From: the human T2T-CHM13v2.0 reference genome, Homo sapiens
NCBI RefSeq assembly: GCF_009914755.1
Contig: NC_060928.1
Length of the DNA: 64,000 nt
Direction: 5' to 3' (one strand)
In this document: positions 1-12,624 of the stretch, in pieces
Layout: every line of letters starts with the position of its first letter
Numbering within the stretch: the first letter of the stretch is position 1
Translations under genes and position numbers: made by a program
Notes under the pieces: generated by a model
The model's input: the letters and a program-made list of their open reading frames with translations, nothing else
The model's database searches: none
Told to the model about the DNA's origin: nothing

Positions 1-2009
1 CTTTATTTTAATAGCTGACTCCTTTGGCCTTTCTTCTAACACCTGTTTTGTAAGTATACATATCATATAATATAGCATTAGAGAAAACATTGTATGGATT
101 ATCAACCTTTAACTGAATTGTCTGGAAAATTAGTACGTGTTTTTCCCTTATGTTGGATGCAACTAAATTGTCTCATCAATATATAAAACAAGGGACAGTA
201 CTTTGAAGAAGAAATAGGTCTCTATTGACAGGCATATCTATCTCAATTTAGAATTTCCTTATTCTTATGACTTGGATGATTTGTGAAATCTCAGAATACT
301 ATTCTATTTTAACATTCTATTCTATACTTACTTTCCTTCTCATAGTGTCTATAAATGGCACTTGGAACGATATGAGAAGCAAAAAGGACAGTATTTTATA
401 TATGTTTCAATAAGTAAAATGGGAAATACTTTCTTTAGGATTCATTGAGTAAGAGCATTTTGATGTTTCCTCCTCTAATTTAAGTGCAGTTAAAATTGGG
501 CACAAAGATATATCTAAAATAGATACAGCTGTAATGCTAGTACTACTACTATTACTACTACTGTTGCTAGTAACAATACTTTAATGTTAACGATGTTAAT
601 AAGAAACTCAAGAACTGACATCTGCCAAGTGTTTTTCATGTACCCAGTCCTGGCCTAAGAACATTGCACACTCTATTTCATGTACCTCATCCCAGGTCTG
701 TGGATTGGCTCCAGTTAGATATCTGTATATAATTGAGGTTAGTCCCTATTTTGGAGATTGGTTTATCTGCTATAACTTTTAGTTAGTCTACCTATTCCAT
801 AGATAAGAATATTTTCAAAGCTAATCATGTATTCTTATTTGTCCTGTGACTGTGCTCAACTTTTCTACAGAGAAGAATTTTCCACCATGTTTCTTTTTGA
901 TTTATTAGTTATGTATTAGAGAGAGCCCATTGTTTCATAGAATTGTATGTTTTCCTGGAATAAGTTTTATTTACCATCATAACTTAAAATATAGGGAAAC
1001 TGCGAAGATACCAAAAAATTAAAAAGAAAAAGAAAAGAATTTTGTTTGTCAAAAACCTGCTGGAATATTCCATGCACATGTAAGCACAGAAATACATTGA
1101 CCATTGTCTCTAAGTAAGTTTTTGTGATATTTTTTCTTTAATTGCATTGAGTAAAAGTTTCAAGCTATATTTATTCATTGTTTTAGTTTTGAATACGTTT
1201 ATCAGTGTAATTTCCTGCACCTTGACATAAAATATATGACACAATTCCTATTCTTTCTGAATTTCAAGGACAGTGATAAGGCTATACAAAGGTAAGCTTG
1301 TTTGTAAAACTTTCCAGCTCAGTTACACAAAAGGGTCTCAAGTGTTTCACAGACAATATTAGTCAGACATTTTTTAAAAATAACAAATTAACAAATAAAT
1401 CTCAATCACTGATCAGAAGGTTCCAATGAGGTAATATTGTCATCTTTTTAGATGAAGGAATTTTATATGAAAATAAATGTCACAATCTGTTATCTGTCTA
1501 TGGATTCTGTCAGAGTTTAAAATTTAGCTTACATGATGATTTCATAAACATAAATCAGATCTTTTACTGTTTTCACAAGAAGGGTAATACCTCTGTTAGC
1601 ATCAAGACTACTAAGCATACGGTATTACATTGAGGAAATATCGGAGCATCACGGAAATATTCTGGCTTTGATGGTTATTTCGTTATCCTATAAATTATTT
1701 ACACTTTAAATATTGGGAAGTCATATTAAAATGTTTTGCTAATAATACAATTGGAATTTTTGCTGAATAAATGTAGCTATATAATATTGGTGTACAATAC
1801 AGACCATTGAGTTTCATATATTCCAGTGACCTGATGACCTTGTTGAAACTGCTTTATAAAGATGGGTGTTATTCAAAACACTTCTATGTGTTGCAGCTAT
1901 GTGAAAAGTTGACAAATATTAGTTCTTTATAGAAATTAGAAGATAACATTTATAAATTGTGAGTAAATATACATATTTTATAGCATGAAACTATACACCT
2001 ATACTTTTA

Positions 2010-2171
2010 AAATATATTTTACTATTTATATATATTTTTATATATTTATAATATATATTTTATGTGCTGTGCTTCTTAGAACAAAATTATTCATGAGACT
2101 GAAATACTATATATAGATATCTACATATCTATATATAGTGTGTGTGTATGTGTGTATATATATATATATAT
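2010..2171. repeat. AT-rich low-complexity (TA)n/(TG)n region including a 34-bp palindrome
   Basis: Runs of tatatatttt, tgtgtg and tatata are directly visible. Confidence 0.8.
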
Positions 2172-5100
2172 GACGAAACCATAAAACCATATGTATGCAA
2201 TAAAACTGCCAGGAAGAGTCATGTAACTAAATGACTTGGAGAACATTGAACACAAATGGTTCACAGTGGGCTGTTTGAAGTTTAAAGATCTGGTGGGCCA
2301 TTAAAGCCCACTAAATTTAAATTGCAACACTTATGGCTAAAGCTTAGAATTCAAAACAATGTAAAAATAATAATTTTACAATAATGTGTTTACTGTCTCA
2401 TGGTTCAGATATTTGTTGAAAAAATAGAAAAAAATGGTCTGAGCTTAGTATTTTTCAGTATACTTCAAATATTCCGGGAGAAATTTGAGTTTTGCTATGT
2501 CTGCATGTATTTTTTAGATGTAGTGTATGTGGCCAAAGTCACTTTTTAGACTTGTCAGAAATGAAAAGTTATTTTCTTTACAGTAAAGTAAATGCAGATG
2601 GATTCCATGACCTGTAATTGCAGCAATTAATTTTCAGATCCTGAGATGAGAGCTACTTCTTCTATAATATGGCAATATTTTATGTAAAAATAGTTATATT
2701 TTTTATTTGTTTCATCAACAATAATCTTCAGTTTATTTTTAATGTTGTTACTTAATATATTTGTCATTATGTATTTGAATATAAAAGCAAATTTTTCTTT
2801 TGTTATACTTTTAGTTAGCTTAAAATTTATTACTTCCCTTACCCATTCATCTACCAAACTTTTTGCCTTTATAAAAGAGGCTGTTCTGCTGTTTACAACA
2901 ACGCTATAAAATTTTGGGATCGTGTTCTCTTTTTGCCTCTGCAATTTAGCTGTTTACTCAAGGAAGTAGCATACATGATGGACTAAGGATGATCAGATAC
3001 TTGATTTAATTGCTCCCATTCCTGTTGATTTATGTAGAAATGTTAGGCCATGTAAAATGTCAGTATTTTTAATGTATTTTGATCTTAGATATGAAAGATT
3101 TTATATGCTTCTCTAGAATTAAATTTTATATCTTTGCTTGTTGGTATTTATTTTCATTCATGTGTTTTCATAACTGCATTTCTCAATAATAGTCATGTCC
3201 CCAAAAGAATGGGGATTCAATATTTACTGATGAACTTTTTTGTAGGAAATGCAGAAAATTTTCTTAAAAAGTAATTAAACGTAACTATATATGTAGATGT
3301 TAATAGAAACACACGTATACACATAATTAAAAATAAATTCTGTGTGTATATATAGATACTCAAATATGTATATGTTATAATGTTTGAGTAAATATATATA
3401 CACACACAATATAATGTATATACGTATATTTACGTTGTAATGAAAGTCCTAAAAGCTTTATATATATATATGTGAAGATAGTGGAAATTTTTATCCTCTA
3501 AAGCCTGTGGAATTTTAAGACAAGGGGTTGAAATAAGCTGTTAACCTTGTTCTAGTCAGATTCTACAATTCTGTTTCTTTCCTGCGGGTGAATTGACCTC
3601 TGACACCTATTAGCTTTATTTATTCATATTTTTCCTGATCTTCAGACTCCTAAGTATTCTGAACTTTGTAATCTCTTCCTTGTTCACTTGTGAGTAGTCT
3701 TAAATAAACTATAAAGATTAAAAGTCACAACTCATAATGAGGGGGAAAAAATAAACTACGCTTTCAACGATTTACTCAATCATTGTTTATCCTAGAAATT
3801 TTTGTTAATAAGTCATTGTCTGAAAGTTATATTCATAAATATTTTTCCCATGTTTCAAATTAGGCAAAGGATATTAGAGACAGTAAAGTCACAGAATAAG
3901 ACTTAAGTGTGGCGTTTTTAAAAACATTGAGTTCTACATGGCAGAAAAAAAATCTCATACTCAAGTTAAATTTGACTTCTTAAAGAACTTGATGAAGTTC
4001 AAAAAAAGGCAAAAGTTAACTGAAGTATTGATAGAATAATGAGAAAGAATTTTTTTAAAGAAAAGAGTAAAAGGGTGATTAAATTGTTCTAGACGACTTT
4101 TGCCAAAAGTGAACATCACTTCTCATAGGTAGAATTCAGAAACCTGGATAGTTGAAATTAATGTTAGAAATATAGAAGCTAATTGTAGGTAATTCAGGTT
4201 AGTCAGTAGATATTTGCTAGTCCCAGAATAAACATCTTTATTAAAGATAGATTACCTGGATGTACAGTACGTTTTTATCATAATATCCTGTAATTTTTCC
4301 AATGTCATTAGGGTAAGATATAAAAATGCACATCGTTATAGGCCAGAGAAGAAAACATCACTCTGAGGCAGAAACTGACTTCTTTCTGTTTTCACTGCTT
4401 ATTTGTTATTTACCTTTAGTTACTAAAACAGTAAGATGATGTATATGCTCCACATCATTTTTGTTATAAGACTCTCTGCAATCATTTTCTGAAGTGAGGA
4501 TTTAGAAACAATTTTTAAACTAAAAAATGACACATGATCCTAAGAAAAATCAACAGTATCTAAATACAGTTCAATAATAGCATGAGCATTTATATTTGGA
4601 AAGTTTTATGTATAATTTTACTGCTAACAATTTCTTTAAAAATACTTTTTAGAAACTTTAAATATGTTTAATAAAATTTGAAAGAGAACTATTGTCTCAA
4701 AGGTCCATTACTTAGCTAGACACTTAATAGGAATTAATAAGTATTTATTGATTTTGACACGAAATATAGAAGTACACTTACAGCATTCATGACTAATGCC
4801 ATACATCAGAACATTTTATTACCCTTTCTTGAAAATTGGTGTCAGCCTCCCTAAATTACTAAAGTTACAAATGTTTGACTAATAGTATAGCGTGTGGCAC
4901 TGTTAGTGTTGGACCATCAGGAATTATGTGATAGAAACAAGGAAATATATAGAAAAATATCTGCTCTCTGGAATATTTTTCTCCTCTTTACTTTTGTAAT
5001 TTAACATTTCAACACCCTAGTAAATAGCAAGCAGTATATAGATCATTTGTTCACAGGATTTCCTAAAGTGTGTTTGGATGCACGGCATATCAAACATGCC

Positions 5101-5183
5101 AAATTACTTGCTAAAAGTTTTGCTATAGCTTGTTCTGCAATCAGCATATGTTTAAGAAAATTTTTTCTTCCCTTTAATTTCAG

Positions 5184-6106
5184 GCATCAACTCTCAATTG
5201 ACTTATAGCATTGCTTCAGGTGATAGCCTTGGGCAGTTTACTGTTGACAAGAATGGTGTACTCAAAGTCCTAAAAGCTTTGGATCGGGAAAGTCAGTCCT
5301 TCTACAACTTGGTTGTTCAAGTGCATGACCTGCCACAGATTCCAGCCTCCAGATTCACAAGCACTGCTCAAGTCTCCATTATTTTGTTGGATGTAAATGA
5401 TAACCCACCGACATTTCTTTCCCCTAAATTGACATACATTCCAGAAAATACACCTATTGATACTGTTGTTTTCAAAGCTCAAGCAACTGACCCAGATAGT
5501 GGCCCAAACAGCTATATTGAGTACACTCTGCTGAACCCTTTGGGAAACAAGTTCAGTATTGGGACCATTGATGGTGAAGTGAGGCTCACTGGAGAACTGG
5601 ACAGAGAAGAAGTTTCTAATTATACTCTAACAGTGGTGGCTACAGACAAAGGTCAACCATCTCTCTCTTCATCTACAGAGGTTGTAGTTATGGTACTTGA
5701 CATCAATGATAACAACCCCATCTTTGCACAAGCTTTGTATAAAGTGGAGATTAATGAAAACACACTTACTGGAACAGATATAATACAAGTGTTCGCAGCA
5801 GATGGAGATGAAGGCACAAATGGACAGGTTCGCTATGGCATTGTTAACGGTAATACCAATCAGGAATTTCGGATAGACTCTGTCACAGGTGCCATCACTG
5901 TCGCTAAACCTTTGGATAGAGAAAAGACCCCTACCTACCATTTAACTGTTCAGGCAACAGATCGAGGCAGCACACCCAGAACTGATACCTCCACGGTCAG
6001 CATTGTTCTACTGGATATTAATGACTTTGTTCCTGTATTTGAGCTATCTCCATATTCTGTAAATGTCCCTGAGAATTTAGGGACACTACCCAGAACAATT
6101 CTTCAG
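5184..6106 (+). CDS. FAT4: FAT4 internal coding exon (923 nt; probably exon 6), about 3 cadherin repeats
   Basis: Acceptor ttcttccctttaatttcag|GC, donor CAG|gtcagt. The open frame has LDRE, DxNDNxP and AxDxDxG cadherin motifs. Phase 1 to phase 0. Confidence 0.97.
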
Positions 6107-6747
6107 GTCAGTATATTTAAATAAAGCAAGTATTTTCTTAATTATAAGACATCTATTTGAAAACCTCCCCTCTTCTACAGCGTTTACGCTTCCCCTGTTC
6201 TCTCCTCATTCTCATCCATAAATGCTCAATTGCAGATACAGCAAATTTTGAAAAGGAAAGGTTTATAAACATCATACCTAAGAACCTCTTAATTTCCTCA
6301 TCGATGAAACTTTTGTATTTTACTAGCTTTCTTTTGTGTATACTCATGTTGCACACATTTATGTATTTGTGTTTTTGAATTTTGTTCCACAAGGATAATA
6401 TCTGCACATAGTAAAAAACTAAAATGATGGAAATGTTTGAAACTTCGTTATAAATATTGTTCTACTCTTTTCCTTCATATATTTAACTACCTAGGTGAAA
6501 CTGCTCTTAAAAATTTTTATGAAGCCTTCCAAAAATGCTGTGCATTAGCTTTACACATATTTTTACACAAATAGACTCGGGTGATATATACTATAGTGTG
6601 CCATTTTTATTTTTTACTTGAAAATCTAAAAATATATCTTTGGAATCTCTTAACATAGTTTTACCTCATTTTTTTTTAATGGAGGCATTTTATTTCATGG
6701 GATGCATTGTTTGTTTTACTCACATCTTGGTATGTACTGTTCTACAG

Positions 6748-6922
6748 GTGGTGGCAAGAGATGATGATCGAGGATCTAACAGCAAACTCTCATATGTTCT
6801 GTTTGGTGGTAATGAAGACAATGCTTTTACTCTCTCAGCCAGTGGAGAACTTGGAGTAACACAGAGTCTGGATCGGGAAACAAAAGAGCGCTTTGTCTTA
6901 ATGATTACAGCTACAGATTCAG
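6748..6922 (+). CDS. FAT4: FAT4 coding exon (175 nt; probably exon 7), cadherin repeat
   Basis: Acceptor ctgttctacag|GTG, donor CAG|gtaagt. Encodes [16 protein letters not shown]...LDRE...ATDS. Phase 0 to 1, in frame with the previous exon. Confidence 0.96.
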
Positions 6923-6963
6923 GTAAGTCCATTACACCCTTGTTCATTTGTAGATAATTTCTA

Positions 6964-7332
<369 letters not shown>

Positions 7333-9519
7333 TCACTTTTACTAATGCTTGAAATTCTGATTGCCTCTATGTTATTGATGGCACATCATTCACTTTATGA
7401 CATTTATATATAAGTGGCAAGGGCTTAAGGACATCGCCACCTAAGCCCTATTCCCATAAAACAGAATGAATTGTTGCCCTATAAGCTTATTGAGTACCTC
7501 TGGATGTGACCTTACACTCTACTTCCTGAGCTAGGGGCATTTAAAGTACTTTAGCTTTGGAAACATGTAGATGGTTCCAGCCACTTCTCTTCTGATAGAC
7601 ATGGGTGAGTGAGTCTGTTAGGAGGAGCTTTCACTAGAAGGTGGCTCAGTATTCAGTGAAGCATTGGTCTAAATGTGCAGGCTGCTCAAGAACCAAGTCC
7701 TGGTTCCAGGGAGCCAAACTATAAGTTCCTGATGCCATCAGCCTTGAAAATCAGGGTCAGGGGGAAACCAGGACTTGGAATTATTAGTATAAGTATAAAT
7801 AACAGAAGTCTAACCCTAATTTCTATTAAATAAGAAATATGCAGATCAGATGTGTGAAGATTCTGCCCAATAGAGTTATGGAGGATTCTAAGTTATGGAG
7901 GGTGAGCAATCAGATTATCAGTAACATTATGATATGTGGAAGCCTGTCACTCAAAGCTTTAAAAATGATGCTGAAGACCATGATGGGAGGCACAAATGAG
8001 TTTCAGTGACATTAGTGTCCTAAGTCATGGTGTTTTGGCAGCTCTAAAAATGAAAGCATTAATTAAACCTTGTTTCAAAGCACAGCTCTCTATGGGCACT
8101 GTTTTTCGAGTCGCTCTGAAATAGACTGGCATTTCTGAGGCCACTGGTGGATAAATACTCAATTAGATGTCTGAAATTCACTTTTATGAGTGATACAGAA
8201 AACAGAAGTTGTGAGGAAAGTTGAACTGGGTGATCTTGAAATTAATTCCCTTGGATACTCTTGATATGAATAACCACTTTTTTCAGGAGAATGTGAGTTT
8301 TAGACATCCGGTTTTAGAATCTACAGTTTAATTTTATTTTCCAAGAATGAGATCTTTGACAGAGGACTTAAATTACATATTCACTGTTTTCATTCAAAAG
8401 TCAAACTTGTAGATGACATGAGAAATTTCAGAAAAATATGGCAGCTATTAGATCCCAGATGCAATGTTTTTCTCAAATCTGTAGTGTTCTAAGGGCCTGG
8501 AAAATATCAAAGTGTTTCAAAAAAATTTTGAGAGTTTAATTCTTTATCTCACAAATCACCTTTCCTTTGCATTTTTTTTGAACTATTACCTTAGCCCAGA
8601 GATAGGTCAACTTCATCAGTATGGCACAGATTGCAGTGGCAGTTTTTAATCATGCAAACCACTAAATGTTTCAATGTGGGAGGGAGAAAACATTACCATT
8701 TAAACTCTCATCATATTTTTATTTAATGACTGCATGGTTACAGAGTAGCACATTTGGAAACTCTAACTACTCCTGTCTACTGCTCCAGTAAGCTACAACC
8801 ACAGTATCATATGTATGCAGTGCTAAAAGTTACATTACTAAATTACAAAACCGGAAGAGGGTATAATAATTATATCTCATTTTTCCTGTAGATAATTAAA
8901 TTGCTAAACAGACTACAATTCCATTACTGATGATATGTTGCTTAGCTATAACAGAAAGTGTGGATATTCGGCCTTCATTATGCATTACTTATAGTTATTT
9001 CTTCTGGAAATATTTACTGTACCAAGTAGAAACTCATAGGAGGCTAACACATCCACCTGGTATAGTAATGCAGGTACTACTACATGGTTTAAAGGAGAAT
9101 TTGCTCAAAAGCAGTTATGTCCTTCATATGGGTTAGGCATTCTACTCCTAAGTAGCCTTTCTTACAAGAGTTTGCCTTACCATTTTCTCATATGTGCAAT
9201 AAATAATGTTTTAAATGGAGCAAGTAGCAGGAAATTATCAGGGAAACTAGAAGAGTATACTTTAAAAAATGAATTCAGATAATTAATTTAGAAATGGAAG
9301 TATATCCTGTAGTTAAATACATAGACTTTATAGTTAAACCCCAGTTCACATCCTACCTCTGACATTCCCAGCTATATGACCTTCAACAACTTTACTATTC
9401 CTTCATGTTTGTATCTATGATTGGAAATACTAATATCTATATGAAAGTTTATTGATCAAATAGATAAAAAGGAATACTTATTCTAGCTATTAATGTCAGT
9501 CAGCATGTTTACTAGACAT

Positions 9520-10672
9520 TTCAAGCTTAGTAAGGCCAAAGTAACACTTTTGACTTCTATTCACCTCCCTACCTTAAACGAATTGCTTCATAGATCATTT
9601 CACAATTGCTGAAGGCAAACCTTGTTATTATTCTTCATTCCTCTTCCTCTGTACACCATATCCAACAAATTCATTAACAAGGAGACTCAGCTTCAAAAAT
9701 GTCCAAAAGTGTCCTGAATTTATCCACTTTTCTTTACCTCCAAAACGACCTCCTTAGTCTAAGCTGGGGTAGTATGATAGCTTGCTAACTGCCTATCTTT
9801 TCTCCTGCACGGTGCATTATCCAACAGGCAACCCAAGAACATTTAAAACTATAAATTAGATAATCATACCCTATCTCTTGCATAGACAGCATGCAGTGAT
9901 TTCTAAGAATAAAATTTAAATGTCTTACCATTGACTACATGGGATTCAATAACTTGGTCTCTGTCCATTTATCTGAACCCCTCCACCACCACCAGCTGCC
10001 ACCTTTATTTTGAGCCAGAGTCGTGCACTGGCCCCAGCTCACCCTTTGTCTCCTGTCAGTTCTGCATTTAGTATCATCACATTATTAGATTGTAATTGGC
10101 CAACATGGAAGTATTTACACCCTGGAAATCAGTAAATGCTTTGAATGTAGTTGGCCTGTTTCTTGAAAGCAGTTGCTAAACATTTACTGAATACTGCCAA
10201 TGCCAACCAATCAATCAGGCTTCCTTAAAAATGCCAACCTTTCTGCCATGTTGGCCTTTTGCACTTGTAGTTCTCTCTGCCTGGAATTTTCTATTCTACA
10301 GCGAGCTGTTTGGTTTGGTTTGGTGAGGGAGAAGGGCATCCATGTCATGGTCATTTTGTCATTATTTTAGATAAAATGTCAACTTCTCAGAGAGGACTTG
10401 TCTGACCAGTAATGTTATGTTTGCCCTTTCCCTTTTCCCAGTGTCACTCTATCAACTTCCTCTTTATGATTTCTTAACACAAATTCCTATCTAAAATTGT
10501 GTTCTTCTACATAAAATATATGAGTATATAGAGTTTGTTTACCTTATCCTTCTCTATCAGATTTCCAGAGAAAGTAAACTTCCTAAGTCTTATTCAAAAT
10601 GGGATTCTCAGAAACACTTAGAAAAGGACCTGCAACATAATAGGTGCTTAATAAATATTTGTTGAATGAGTA
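9520..10672 (+). mobile_element. Degenerate L2 LINE 3' portion (boundaries approximate)
   Basis: Typical L2 3' end cctgcaacataataggtgcttaataaatatttgttgaatgag, plus the upstream L2-like motif tttgcacttgtagttctctctgcctggaat. Confidence 0.6.
10016..10202. mobile_element. Probable MER63-type hAT MITE nested in the L2
   Basis: ggaagtatttacaccctggaaatcagtaaatgct and agcagttgctaaacatttactgaatactgcca resemble remembered MER63 motifs. Confidence 0.5.
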
Positions 10673-11220
10673 AGTTATATATGTTGAATAATGATAGTTG
10701 TCATTTGAAAGACAACCTATTATTTTAATATGCAACTGTTATTTATATTTATTTAACATACTTATATTTAGTTTATTGTTATATATTCATTGTTTGCAGA
10801 TTTTTTTAAAGAAACTTCCAAAAGAAAAAAGTGCAAATCATTTTTAATTCATGGCTGAAATTCCAGAAGTTTTTGCTACATTGGCTGTGGTCATTCAAAG
10901 TGACCTCTCTTTTGAAAAGCAGCACAAGTGTTTAAAGCTTTGTGGTGTTTAGTGTGATGTGACAAATTGCAGTCACATGTAAGGACCCAGTGAAGCATTT
11001 TATGGCTTTAATTCAGTTTCAAGTGCTTAAAATACTGCTTGAGCTATATTCTCATGACTTTCCCCTGAACCTTCTGGCTCTGATTCAATTCTGTTATCTA
11101 TTAGACGTTTCTAGACAGGTCGTATTGCTACTCTGTGCTTTACTATCCACCTTTTCTTACTCTGGTTCATAAGATTTAATTCAAAACCTGCATGAGCAGA
11201 AACTACATGCTTCTGAATAG

Positions 11221-11509
<289 letters not shown>

Positions 11510-12624
11510 TGAATAGTTTCACCATTCGACAATTCTTTTATACCTGGTTTTCCCAAAGCAAACAATTGTGAATCTTCCATATCTCCCACATATCTAAGCA
11601 CTTTCTAAGCACACGTGGCAATTGGTTTCACATAGCTTAAATATAAGGGCCCATCATTTCACACCAACTTAATATGAAAAATTTGCTTGTTTTAAATTTT
11701 ATTATGGAAATTTTGGTGTTCACATAAATTATTCCAACAGATATATACTTACGCAAGTAATTTGTCCAGACCTTTTAGAATTTTTTTAACTCAAGATGAG
11801 ATTATACCCTCAAAAATAAATTTAAATGCTGTGAGGCATTAATATCTGCCACTACTCTTTCAGGGAACTGAATTAATGTGCGAGAAAGCAGTAAAACAAA
11901 CTGGTATGACACTTTGGGGATGCTACAGTTATACTCAGAGGAGTTTTTAAAGAAAGCTACATATGAAAAAATTCTAAGTTAGAGAAATCTGACATTAAGT
12001 GATGGTTTTTTTTTGGCCAGGAGGTTTCTTGGAGATGAGCCAGTCCACTTCCTTTATTTTCCAGATAAGAAAATTGAAGGCTGGGATAGATAAGCAGTGT
12101 GCTAGAACTTGCAGACCCAGGTAGTAGCAAAGTCAGGTATAATATTTAGAATTTCTGCCTTTCAACTAAATTCTTGCTCATCCATATCATATTTATTAAA
12201 TTTTTTTAAGGAAATCAGGATATTCCTTAAAATATATTGCTGACTCTCTCCATGAAATAAATTTATAAATATGCAATTTAAAAAATATTTTCTTTTTTAC
12301 TTTATTCATTTCACTTTAATAAATGAAACATTCAACTGCTATTTTTCTTTCCCCAAATAAATAAATGTTTGAAAACATTTTTAAATGAAGCCAAATTAAG
12401 TGGAATCAGTAATTTCAAAATTGGTATTTTGAAAATAAGCTTAAATTTAGACATTGTTTAAATTTAATTGTTAAATAAAGAAGATATAAAGAATTTGTTA
12501 GGCTTTATGCCTAGAAGATGATAATATTGGTAATTATCACTGCCAATTATCATTTTGCATTAATTAAAATCAAACTATGGTGCTAATATAATGCACTTTA
12601 TAAATAAGTTCTGATTACAGTTAG

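Noticed and set aside
2627-3405. 105-aa and 62-aa minus-strand ORFs
   Set aside because: AT-rich, low-complexity composition, no motif and no supporting splice structure.
6745-6753. AG|GT junctions at exon starts (also 38766 and 58817) resembling recursive splice sites
   Set aside because: The bases after GT do not match the donor consensus (gtggtg, gttcct, gtgtct). These are ordinary exon starts.
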